64,000 nt of DNA from the NCBI GenBank assembly GCA_965644295.1, contig CBFFRP010000012.1, positions 50,296-114,295 on the forward strand, given 5' to 3'. Of this stretch, positions 26,417 through 38,300 are shown piece by piece; within the stretch, counting starts at the first letter, position 1, and each line of letters begins with the position of its first letter. The notes under the pieces are model-generated. The model searched no databases. It was not told where the DNA came from and saw only the letters and a program-made list of their open reading frames with translations. This DNA comes from Paraphysomonas bandaiensis (lineage: Eukaryota; Protista; Chrysophyceae). A program made the position numbers and the translations under genes.

Positions 26417-26679
26417 TTTCCTTCGACTTAAGTTAACAAGTATCTAGGTACAACTTCAAATTATGACTGCAGTGTGAACACTCCAATACCACTTAGACAG
26501 AACATGTCTCTTCAAGATACGTTGTGTTTTTCGGAGATGCTATTTTTTACTCACGAGCAGTTTGATATGCTACATGTGTGGCCATTCAGGATACGGTGTA
26601 GAAAATGTTGAGATGTTGTATTTATCACAATACAATACTCACAAAATAATCACATTTGCAAGAGATATATAACACCAAT

Positions 26680-27033
26680 ATGGCTAAGACTCCTGGGAAG
26701 AAGAGCGTAAAGGCTCCCGCCAAGAAGGCTGCTGGTAAAGGCCACAAGAAGAGGGTTGAGAGCTATTCTTCTTACGTGTACAAGGTGCTTAAGCAGGTTC
26801 ACCCTGAGACTGGTATCTCCAAGAGAGGAATGTCTATCATGAACTCTTTTGTCAACGATATCTTCGAGAGAATCGCTTCTGAGGCTTCTCGTCTTGCTCG
26901 TTACAACAAGAAGTCTACTCTGTCCTCCAGGGAGATTCAGACTGCTGTTCGTCTCATGCTCCCTGGTGAGCTTGCCAAGCATGCCGTCTCTGAGGGTACC
27001 AAGGCAGTCACCAAGTTCACATCCTCCGCTTAA
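26680..27033 (+). CDS. H2B: Histone H2B
   Basis: ATG at 26680; [42 protein letters not shown]; divergent from H2A across 263 bp. Confidence 0.98.
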   Translation: MAKTPGKKSVKAPAKKAAGKGHKKRVESYSSYVYKVLKQVHPETGISKRGMSIMNSFVNDIFERIASEASRLARYNKKSTLSSREIQTAVRLMLPGELAKHAVSEGTKAVTKFTSSA

Positions 27034-27064
27034 ATATTTGTACAACTTATTAAAGTATCCAAAT

Positions 27065-27080
27065 GGTGTTTTTCAACACC
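27065..27080 (+). promoter_or_regulatory. Histone mRNA 3' stem-loop of H2B
   Basis: GGTGTT-TTTC-AACACC followed by ACCA, 31 nt after the stop codon. Confidence 0.88.
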
Positions 27081-27632
27081 ACCATATATGGAGATTAGTT
27101 TGTAAACTACTAAGTGTTTGGTGAAAAGTATTTGTGTTGTTTTTATGTTGGGTTGAAGTAACTCGCTCATGCTGCTCACTCAAATCACCTCATTGGCATC
27201 AAGGAGATTTCAGGACAAGTAGCTCATAACTCCATGCACGAAGTGTTGCTTTGTTATGCTATTAATCTCAACCTTATATCTTATATAGTTATAGAGTCAT
27301 ACACAAATAACAGAATTAACAATTAACTTTCTTTGTAATTTTATTCAGCGGTTACAACTACGAGTTGGTTTCACCTTTCAACCATTGCACACTATTAATA
27401 ATAGCTCACTTCAGTTGCACAATATATAATATATATGTATTATAGAGTAGCATACAGCAGAACTCAACATATTACATCGAGATAACAGTTGCAGCTTGGG
27501 GTCAATGTTGAAGTGCTACATCATAATTATTACTAAGCAAGAATATAGAGACTGCTGGAGGTAGAAATGTTTCTTCTGGGTTAATAGCGAACAATATATT
27601 GCACAACTGATAACATTATTATTACTGTAGTA

Positions 27633-27980
27633 CAGGGATAGGGAACAATATATTGCAATGCTATTGTTAGGTAGCGTTCCATCAATAGTATTGATGGATT
27701 TTTTTAACCGGCCCTACAATACTATTGCAATATATTGCAATGTATTAGTATGACTAATCAGTAAGTAAACACATCCGTAGTTTTTATTTTTAGTACTTGC
27801 CATATTATAAGGTCTAAGGTCACTTGATAATCAAACCCACTACTCTTAACTAATTAAAAGTTTCCTCATACTCATCCTCTGAGCCATCATCGGTGACATC
27901 ATCACCATATTCATTCAATATTGATTGAAATATGCTTGCATCCGGCCACAACCACAACAATATATTGTTCCCTATCCCTG
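27633..27980. mobile_element. hAT-type MITE
   Basis: Perfect 23-bp TIR cagggatagggaacaatatattg / caatatattgttccctatccctg; 8-bp TSD ctgtagta (27625-27632, 27981-27988); internal caatatattgcaat palindromes. Confidence 0.88.
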
Positions 27981-28014
27981 CTGTAGTAAAATGTTCCTCT
28001 TATATCATATACAC

Positions 28015-28900
28015 CCTCAACAAAGTCGGACTCGCAACTCTTCGTGGTGTTCTGGGAAATAAAAGTACCGGGGATATTTCTCCGGGAAACTAACGTGAGC
28101 CGCATATAGAGTCAGCAGATAACGTTCTGCCCACTATAAGTGTCACTTGCGTAGACGTCTTTGGGCCTTGACGAAGAAACATGCATCCTAGAATGGGCCC
28201 ACGTGTAGGGCATCCGGGGTATTGTGCTTCCTACTGAAGTTAAGCATTTTGGTGCTTGCGGTGACGCACAAGCAGCTTTCGTAGCGCCAAATAGTAAGAT
28301 ATCAGACTGGAACACCGCCCACCGCTCCTATGCACCCCACCACTCATACACATAGGACCATAGCACCGGACAGCATGAAACCATCAGGCCCTAGACAGCG
28401 ACGCCGTCTCCGGCAACTCCACCTATGCCTGATGCCCAAACAGTGCACGGCGACAACGCCACACCATTCACCTCTCAGCACACACATCTAGTGCTCGGTA
28501 CACTCAGGACCTTAATGCAGAACCCTGTACCTCAGAGCCTGGTGGAACCTTATCCCAAGGGGAGACCCCCGGACAACACGCGCCAGTAAGTCCTAATACA
28601 CACGAGCAGGGCGAAACTCACAAACAACATTAAGAACGGAAGTGGTCGCACCTTGGTGCTTGCGGCGACGCACAAGCAGCTTCTGTAGCGCAAAATAGTA
28701 GGATAATAGAATTATGGGTGATTAGTTATGGGTAGAGGTCTAACTAGTATGTCTAGCATTCAACTAGCCACTATATATTAGTACAAGTTTCTAATGCCTA
28801 TTGCTAAATAATAAGACTTTCAATAATAGTAGGATATCAGAGGTCAGCACTAGTTTGTTAAATTGTTTTGCTACATTAGTGCTGACTCTTACATGCCTAT
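28015..28900 (+). mobile_element. SINE-like copy with a nested LINE-like 3' fragment (28307-28825)
   Basis: Head at 28015 and core at about 28254. The insert is flanked by atagtaagatatcaga (28291-28306) / atagtaggatatcaga (28826-28841); the SINE tail resumes after it. Confidence 0.75.
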
Positions 28901-28916
28901 TGTAGAATATGAGAAT

Positions 28917-29183
28917 AAATAAAGAATTGATCTTTATAATAGTAAAACAATGTTGTGATTATGAGAGTGTAAGTAATGAACACGATAGAGTTTAAATTAT
29001 GAATAACAATATAGAACGTAGCTATCATGCATAACGGAATAGTTAGAAGTGTAACTGATAATGACGACGTTATGATGACGATCACGTATCTTCGACAGAT
29101 ACTCTCTCTAATTCAGTTCATGGTATATTTCATTGAACATTATAACTCACAGATACAATCATGTATTAAGCTGAATCCTAATA
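28917..29183 (-). repeat. 3' LTR of the copia element
   Basis: Matches 34159-34425 with 3 substitutions by eye; preceded on - by the polypurine tract gagggggcg (29184-29192). Confidence 0.93.
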
Positions 29184-29998
29184 CGCCCCCTCAATGTAAT
29201 AATCAGTGAACCGTAGAAAATAATAGAGAGAATATGAACTTATACACACTGAGAGTAAAAACCAGAGTAGCAGTCACTAGTCAATAATAAGCGAACTGCA
29301 GAGATGCCATATTGTGAGACCATCCTTCTAGTCCAGCATCATGTATTGAATAAAAGAAAAAAATGGTAAAAACTCCGTGTAACTCAAACTAGCCACCTAG
29401 GTCGCTTGTGGCTTGGTAATTGTGATTTAGGTGTCTCTGAGGTTGTTGATCGCTTTCTGTTGCTACTGGATGGGATGTCAAACCCAGCTCCCCCCATCAA
29501 TGTAGTTCGCAATGTGCGGAAGTTATTTGCTCCTAGTGGTTTCGTAAGGAGGTCAGCTAACATTGACTTCTTGTGGATATATGATCCACAGTCAAAATGT
29601 TCTCCGCAATGTGTTCACACGGATGAAGTGGTATCGAATCGCGATATGTTTTGTACGTCAATGATGAGTAGAATTGTAACATATAATTGAACTGCACCTT
29701 TATTATCGCACCAAATAGTTGTTGAGAATGGAAGTATGAAACCAATTTCTAATAATAAAGAGCGTAGCCATAATATGCTTCCTGAGCTGCTGACGATAAA
29801 GCCATATACTCAGCTTCAGTAGATGACAATGCCACAGTTGTCTATAATCGAGATTGCCATGATATAAGACAATTACCTATGAAGAATGTAAAAGCTGTGG
29901 TGAACCGTCGAGTGAGGTGACATCGTGCCCAATCGCTATCGCAGTATCCTGGCAATGTTATGTGGGATCCAGAATATATCAATCCTTGCTTAGCAATG

Positions 29999-30197
29999 CC
30001 AATATGGCTAAGACTCCTGGGAAGAAGAGCGTAAAGGCTCCCGCCAAGAAGGCTGCTGGTAAAGGCCACAAGAAGAGGGTTGAGAGCTATTCTTCTTACG
30101 TGTACAAGGTGCTTAAGCAGGTTCACCCTGAGACTGGTATCTCCAAGAGAGGAATGTCTATTATGAACTCTTTTGTCAACGATATCTTCGAGAGAAT
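29999..30197 (+). pseudogene. H2B: Histone H2B 5' fragment inserted into copia pol
   Basis: 199 bp matching 26675-26873 with one synonymous mismatch (30162); aatgcc duplicated at 29995-30000 and 30195-30200. Confidence 0.95.
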
Positions 30198-33100
30198 GCC
30201 TTTGAGATACCTAAGAACATGTAACGCAGGTGATAATATTCTTATCAAAGTCTTGATGGATAGAAATGCCCAACAAGTAATAATCTAAGAGTTTGAGATC
30301 CGTAATTTCGAACTTTTTGGATAAATGGTCGTTGAATTGTTGGATATCAGTGTCGGATGTGGATGCCATAATAATATCATCCACATACATGGCTATTAGC
30401 ATAATCCTGCCATTAATCTGCTTTTTGAATATACACGGGTCAGATATTAGTCTGGTGAAACCCATATCTAGCATAAAATTTGTACAGCACTTATACCAGT
30501 TAAGACCTGCTTGCTTTAGACCATAGATGCTTTTTATCAGTTTGAGGACTTTTCCGTCAGGGACGTCCATGCCAGGAGAGGGGGATGCATGTATATGTCC
30601 TCTTCGAGGTCAGCATTGATGTACGCAGTTGTGAAATCGATTTGGCGCAATTTGAGTCTCATAATAATGGTCGAAAAGGCAATAATTGTACGTGTAGTGA
30701 TGTAGCCTTCGCGACGGGGCTGTATGTATCATTGTAATCGATGCCTTGGATTTGAGTAAAGCCCTGTGCGACCAGTCGAGCCTTGAATTTGATGTCATTC
30801 TGTTTTCTTTTTATTTTGAATATGAGTTTCCCCTTTATGGCTCTTGCTCCAGGTGGTAACGCAGTGTATCTCCAGCATCCTTTCCTCTGAAGAGTGGATA
30901 TTTCTCTATTGATAGCATCGATCCACTGCTGTTTATATTTACCTGAAATAGCATCTTGAACACTCTTTGGTGTATCGGTTAGCTCGTCAATGTCATCGCA
31001 ATTACTGATAGCATGCATAACAAATATCAATATTGTTTGTATGTAATTTTGATATACATTGTGCGTCATGTGCCATATGATTTACTACATGTTTAGCATT
31101 TACATCACATACATGTATATACACCATCACCAAGTTTATGTACATTTACAATTACCCTTTTTCTGTCCTTTCTCTTGCTTCGGAGAACACTCTTTCTACC
31201 AGCTAAAATTTTTTGTTTTGCTGTAGCATGAACCTTACTTGGCCCTTCAGGTGTATCCTGATTTTCCCAATCACCCGATGAATCAGCAGGCTTGTAACAG
31301 CGTTTGGCCACACGCTGACACACACGATCCACTTGACTGTGTGGTGCCGGATTCGGCACTAGATTCCCATTGAATTGTTTCGAAGAGCGAGTCTTCGCTA
31401 TCTTTGCATCGGAGTGGGTAGGTTCATCCCGATGGCTGCTGATTCTCTCCTGCGCGGCATCATGATGTCTTAGGTTCACGCCACTCCCCCTGGAAGTAGC
31501 GGCTGGCGCTGGAGATCCATTAACTGTATCGGGGTCTCGATCTGATTTGCTGAATTTATTTATTGGGGTTTTCGATCGAGAATTACTACGTTTGAGACCA
31601 ACTGCTTTGAGTTCTATGTATTGTTCAGTGTACTTTATTTGCGTCGTTACATATGTTAATCCATCATCTGGATCTACATGTGCTAGACCTATGAGGTATT
31701 TGAAACTTTCTACTGTCCTGGAGGTCTCATTCTCTCTGAAGATCTCATTTATCTCCTTAAAATATCTCTTATCCGCTCTGGTGGAACACATTCGTTGAAA
31801 AATACATGTCCTGATATAACAAAGTCTCTTAATGCGGGAACAAAGACTATATATCCAGGACCATCCTCTCGATAGTCCCCATAAAATACCCAGGCCAGCT
31901 ATATGTCTGTCCCAGTTGTTCTTTCGGAGACTGGAATCGATATTCACAAAGCATTTACATCCCCATATTTTGCCATAACTCAAGTCTGGTATTTCGTTTT
32001 CGATAAACTGAAGTGGAGACATAAATCCTTTAGCTGCTTGACACGGTAACCTGTTCTTGATGTGTATTGTCGCCCTTGAGGCTTGTTCCCAGAAATTCGG
32101 TGGGAGTCCAGAGTCGATAAGGCTGCTGAGTGCTCGTTCTTTTGTTGTCCGCCATGATCGCTCTTGGAATGGGTTATCCTCGGGGGTATACGGGGAGTTA
32201 AAAGTCCATGTAGCCCCTATTGATTGAAGATACTCTAAGACGTTTCTTGATACCAGTTCCTTCCCGCCATCCGCATGATAATGTTGTAGTCGTTTGCCTT
32301 TACTAATATATGTAGATACATGACAACTTTCTGGATGGATTGGATGACGAAATCTTTATCTCTCGTTGGTCCGTAGTAGGAGTCCCATTGGTGTCTGGAA
32401 GCTACATCTGTCATCCCGAGTATGTAACGGTTGCCAGTAATGATTGCCTCTGGTGCATGGGGTCCAGAAAAATCGGCTACTACTAGCTCCCCCAGCTCAT
32501 TCGCTCTTCTTACACGCTTGAGCAGCATTTGTCTGATAGCGTGTCTATGTTTTCGGCGATGAGATTTACCACTCGCACAACCATCACATAGACCACCCGG
32601 TAAAGAAGTAGCATTCATCTTCGACTCCGTTAACTTAATACCCGTTACTAATTTTGACTGTACAGCTTTCTGTATGAGGAGTCCAATTGAAGAATGTGCC
32701 AATCTCTTATGTGCTACTAGGGTTGCGAGTGGGCCTCTGAAGCAGTTGAAGCAAGGTGGGATTCGTCAATATAGGAGTTCCGAGGTCTGTTAACGGAATT
32801 TGATATAGGCCTCCAACTCTCTTACCCTTTGATAGCAGTATTTCATCTTTATATATCTCAACTGATTGATTTCCGAACAAGATTTTATATCCTAGGTCAT
32901 CTAATTGGCTGATGGACACGAGTGTCCTTGAAGCATGGTCCACGTGCTTGCACTTGGGGATAATACCAAGTCTTCCATGACCTGAAGAGGTCATAGTCGA
33001 TCCTGACTTAGCTGTTTGAATGTCGGTGAGGCACTCCTCATAATTGGTGATGTATCCGGCTTCAGGTGTGATGGAGATTGTGCAGCCAGAATCAAGGGTG

Positions 33101-34147
33101 CCCATTCCGGCTTCTTGATCAAGAACGAAGTTCGTTTCGTCGTTTGTTGGATATCCGACTCCTCCGAAGTCTCGTCCTTTCTGTTGTAGTGGACCACTGT
33201 CTTCATAATCTGCAAACTGGTCGGAGTCGTCGTTTTCAGTGCTCTGGTGGGTCTGGAATATCTAACTTTTTTGAATTTCCTACTGGTTGATTTGTTTCCG
33301 GAGGAATTCTTCATTTATTTGTTGGATCCTTTCCCAGGAGTGTTTGCATTCTGAATCGATGTGTCCTTTTCCATCGCATCGGAAACACTTTATTTTCGGG
33401 AAAAAGGGGGCTTTGAGGTTGCAAGCTGAATACTGTCGGTTTTTGTTTCTTCGTTGCTTGACAAGAGCATTCCAACAGACGAGCTTCCTAATCCGCGTAG
33501 TCTGCGTATCAGTGTTTTGTAGTCAACGATAGGGTGCATCTGCAGGTTGATTGCCAGTTCACGATACGTCATATTTTCTTTGGATACCAGGCCTTGTCGA
33601 ATGCGTGATATAAGATCTTGATCACTTATCCGATGACCATAATTAATCAGCTTGTTTCTGAGCTTTTCGACAGCATTAAGAAAGTTGATTATCGACTGAC
33701 CTTTTTTGATTTTTATGCTCTGGAATTGGCCAATCAGATCGGTGATTACATCGTTAGTCGTTTTTTCCTTGAAGTGGTTCAACAAGTCGGTCCAGGCGGT
33801 TTTACCGTCTCCATCGGGGACGTTCTCCAAAATCCCTTCAGCCTCTTCATTCTGACCTATGATAGAGCTTGCAATGACTGACCATAGGTAGTTATTACCT
33901 TCATCATAATATCGTTTCGCATTCTGATACTGTTCGAGTCGATACTGGTGGTCCTCGTCATCTGAGTTTACTCCTGCTTCAGGCTCAATTGGGTGATCGT
34001 TCTGTAGAGTATAAGCGATAAAACCATGCACGGCACTTCTTCTGCCACCTGGAGAAGTTCTTCGCATCGAATTTTGGCATTGAGTTCTTTCGCTTGTCGG
34101 TTGTCGAATCCGAGTCGGTTGAGTCGTAACTTGTAACTTTAACTGAC

Positions 34148-34159
34148 ATCTCGCTACCA
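34148..34159 (-). other. Primer-binding site, probably initiator tRNA-Met
   Basis: TGGTAGCGAGAT directly after the 5' LTR; TGGTAGC is complementary to the GCUACCA 3' end typical of eukaryotic initiator tRNA. Confidence 0.7.
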
Positions 34160-34425
34160 AATAAAGAATTGATCTTTATAATAGTAAAACAATGTTGTGA
34201 TTATGAGAGTGTAAGTAATGAGCACGATAGAGTGAAAATTATGAATAACAATATAGAACGTAGCTATCATGCATAACGGAATAGTTAGAAGTGTAACTGA
34301 TAATGACGACGTTATGATGACGATCACGTATCTTCGACAGATACTCTCTCTAATTCAGTTCATGGTATATTTCATTGAACATTATAACTCACAGATACAA
34401 TCATGTATTAAGCTGAATCCTAATA
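34159..34425 (-). repeat. 5' LTR of the copia element
   Basis: Direct repeat of 28917-29183. Confidence 0.93.
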
Positions 34426-35384
34426 GAATTTGTACTGGTTAGTTACAGGTAGAAGTTTATCTAGCGTGACTAGTTTTCTACTAGCTGCTTATCTGGTTCT
34501 ACTAGCTGATTCTTGACGCCTATTGCTAATAATAAGACTTTCATATAATACCTATTGCTAATAATCAGCTCTGCAGTTTACTGCTAGCAGAAAAGAAGTG
34601 ACAAGCTATAACAGCCAACGAAGATAGAAAACAAGCTAACTGAAAAAAATGACGATGCAATTGCGTAGCTCACAGCTACACAGAGACTATATTCAAAATT
34701 TCAGAGAAGGAGTGATCAATAACATAGAAGTTAATAATGCTTACTTTACGCCATATTCTATACAGCTACAGCGAGAAAAAGCAGTATCATGTACTACACA
34801 TACAAGACTTTCTTGGTCCAACGAATAAACTCGGAAATTGCCGTTGTCTCTAGATGCCATGGACTAGATCAGCAATGCAGATCGTGGTGTCTCGCCTCAG
34901 GAGGAAGTGGGACGACCTTCACCTGCTAGTAATATGTGGCCCCAACATATGTTGCCGCATCGTCTCCGAACACAGGCACTAATACTACTGTAAGTAGGAG
35001 CGGTATAAATGCATGAAGTAGTGGAGATAGCTATATGTGATATAGGAGTTTTATTGTGCTAATAACATGTCAGAAAAGCACATTTTAGAGACAAAGTGAG
35101 GGTTTTCAACATTTCAGCAGTAGATAGTATGAGCACCCGAAGCCATTGCAACTGAGTACACCGAGACATTAAAATAATAACATTAACTGCCCCGAGCAAT
35201 TATTTAGAGATGACGAAAATAACCCTACGAAATATGTTTCCTTCGAATCATATTGTACAAATGTAAGCCATTTACCCTTCTCCGTTAGATTGTAAGCCTT
35301 GTGTAAATTTTGATGTAAAATGATATCGCACTGCCTATAAATATTCTCTATTGCCAATCTCAACGATATAAGCCTAAATAGCGA

Positions 35385-38300
35385 TCAACACTTTGTATAT
35401 ACAGCTGCTACTTCGGCGCTACTAATAATCCCTTCACGCTCCTTTGTCGCTTTCTTTTTCTTCTCCCGACGCTTTGCAAGTCGCTCTCTCGCCTCATACT
35501 CTCCTTCATGCATGCTAACTCTAGTTCTCATTTCGTTTGCATTGAGTCGCTTAACCATGTTCTTCTTGATACCCAGCAACACATCACTATTAGCATACAT
35601 TTCAACAGCCTGTTTTGTGGTTGCTCCCTTAGGTGCTCCCGCTGAGAGATCATGCAATCTAGGGAGATTCTCAGATCGAGCCAGACCTACATAACCCGGA
35701 ACTATTTTCTTCCTGCCAGTTTTATTCTTGATGCGTTCTTCAAGATGACGATGCGCTGATATCTGCCGATATTCTCGAGATGTGTCTCTCATCGCCGTGG
35801 CCATCACAAATCGCTTCTTTACTGCTGCTATACGAGCTCGTTCATTGCCTTCTGCTTTGTCGACCTGCACATATACTTAAGAAAATAAAAATTCACTACC
35901 CTTGAACAATACCTGTTGATGCTCATCACGTTCACTGTGGAGTCGACGGTCTCTAACACGCTGCAGCGTCTTCATCAACTTTGCACGTAATCGAATTGTC
36001 GCATAAATCGTTGTCAAACGGCGATCTGCTGCCTGCGAACGCAAGACATCAACATTCTCATCGTGTTCGCTCCCGGTATCGTCTTCATCACTATCGTCTG
36101 AGATGTCAAAGCGAGTTTTATCATTACAGTCCTCAGTTCGTGCCGCATTCATCCTTTCCAACATTTTCATGCCAAGTAACTCGTGTACTCTTACTTCAGC
36201 AGTGGAACGAATCAGAGACAAGTCAATGGGAACTTCTTTGCTTTGTGTAGCGTAATCCACTGAAACTTTCATTCCATTATCTTCAGAGTTGTGTCTAACG
36301 ACAGCTGGAATTTGCTCGCATGACCCAGGTAGACACTTCCGCGGTATGGGGGCACATAGTACATTAGCTAATTCATTATCTGCATCCTTCCCATCACTGT
36401 TATCACTTGATATCGCGCTGCCTTCCTTGAGTATTCGCGAATTGGAACGAATTGTGGTAAACTCAGAATCGCTATCGTCAATCATGGCGCAGCTCTTTCC
36501 CCCCACTTCTCCACGACTTTCCTCAGAATCTGAGAGCTTCCGTATTGAATCCTGCATTCCTAGTGATTCTAGAATTGTCGCCATTCGCTGATTAGAAACA
36601 TTTACAGCAGTAGCATGTATGCCAGTAGGATAACCGGAATTACCAACATTATCCACCGTTGTACTACCTTCTATACTTTGGTTGTGTTTTTTCTCACCAA
36701 GGTAACGTCGGTACAACATGTTAATAGTCATTCCATTTGATCGTGTCCGGTGAGCTTCTAACTTTTTAAACTCAAGGTTGTGGTAGTACATCAACAATAC
36801 AGGTATGGACAATAGAGTTAGAGCAGCAAAAGCCATTGTTGTCGGCGATGAAAGATATAACAGCATAAAACCAAATGCAATAGGACCACAAATACACCAC
36901 GATAGAGTGTCCATACAAAAAACAGAATTCGCATATGATAATTTTGATAAACAGTGCGCCACATCCACGCAAATACAAATGAACCCCGATAAATACCGTT
37001 GCGCGCATAGACTGTCGGATACGATAAATGAACGAAAACAGTCCGGAGGCACTATAGATCGAAAGTTTGAAATAATTTTGCTTTCGATGCACTCAGGAAA
37101 CAATGCAGCAAGTCGGTGTGACACACATACATATTGATAAGCGTTGAAACTCTCAGTCATTTCAGAGAGTACAGCATCGCCCTCAAGACCACTTTCAACA
37201 TCAGCATCCTGAAAACGTGATAACAATGAAGTATTAAAGTTTCCGATAGCTTTCGTCACCGTTTCACGAGCCGAAACAGCAGAGCTATACACGACATACG
37301 GGACAGCAAAGTGATTCCAATACACATACAGAGTTGATATGAAAAGTGAATCTAAGAAACACCACACAAGGAATGATAGAAGAGAAGCAATCTGAGTGTT
37401 AAAATCCGTTCGAAGCGAATAGAAAACGGCCAAACCGGTGAAAAGGGCACTTGACACAAACAAGTAGAGGCCTGACATTGTCAGCCAAGCATAACTTGCG
37501 ACCGCACCCGTAAGTTCACCCCGTGGGGCTAAGATAATCTCAGCGTGTTTATTGTTTAATTGATCGCGTACGAATGCAGTCAACAACTCACGCCTAATAC
37601 TGTCGCTGTCAAGATGAACAATCCTTTCGGCCATTGCAACATATCTCTCATCGACTGCTTGGAGAAAGTCCCGCAATCGGGAAGCCCACTCGCTTGAGTA
37701 TAATATTACCTCGACGATATCAATATCAGGCTGAATCCCATCAGTGTAATGCAATCCAGTCGCATTTGCGTGATCAATGCCCCACTGTTTCAAAAAAGAA
37801 TCTAAAAGCGACTTGTTATCATATATAGATAAGTAATACTTCGATATAAGTTCAATGAGCCCCTGCCACTCTGCCTCAATATCGATGGGAGATACTTGAG
37901 TTGAGCATCTACATGACGAATCAGCGTCGGTGAGGCCTATTTTTCTTGCCTGGCGAACACCCAGCACGTGACCCATGTTCTCAGTGATACTTTCCAACGG
38001 TTCAGTGACCCCACATAGAAGTGGAGTAGAGAGTCGCGGAGTGGAAATAACACACTTCGGTGTAAAATGCACGACACTCGTCGCTAAGTGTCGTCTCTCG
38101 ATGTAGCTACCATCGTTCCCATCATCAGCACTACCTGGACGTTCAGCAGTCTTGACTTCCACAGAAGTATCAGTAGTCGGGACGTATGGTACAATACTTG
38201 TTACGCGCCTCGTTGTAGGAACCGATTTCGAACATGTATTCGTAACATTTACGCTACTGCTCACGGAAGAAGCAGATATATTGACCTTGCCAGATCTCTC

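Larger units (their letters stand above)
28917..34425 (-). mobile_element. Ty1/copia LTR retrotransposon, both LTRs present, coding region disrupted
   Basis: 267-bp direct repeats. Domain order gag (33390..34160, CCHC knuckle CFRCDGKGHIDSEC) - protease (DSGC) - integrase (MAHSS...CDGC, LVVADFSGP) - RT (KARLVAQGFTQ, YGLKQAG, YVDD) - RNase H (YCDSDWA, ADLLTKPL). PBS, PPT and (a)gaat TSD present. Confidence 0.95.

Noticed and set aside
25849-27124. Alternative-frame and antisense ORFs over H2A/H2B
   Set aside because: Shadow ORFs caused by biased histone codon usage.
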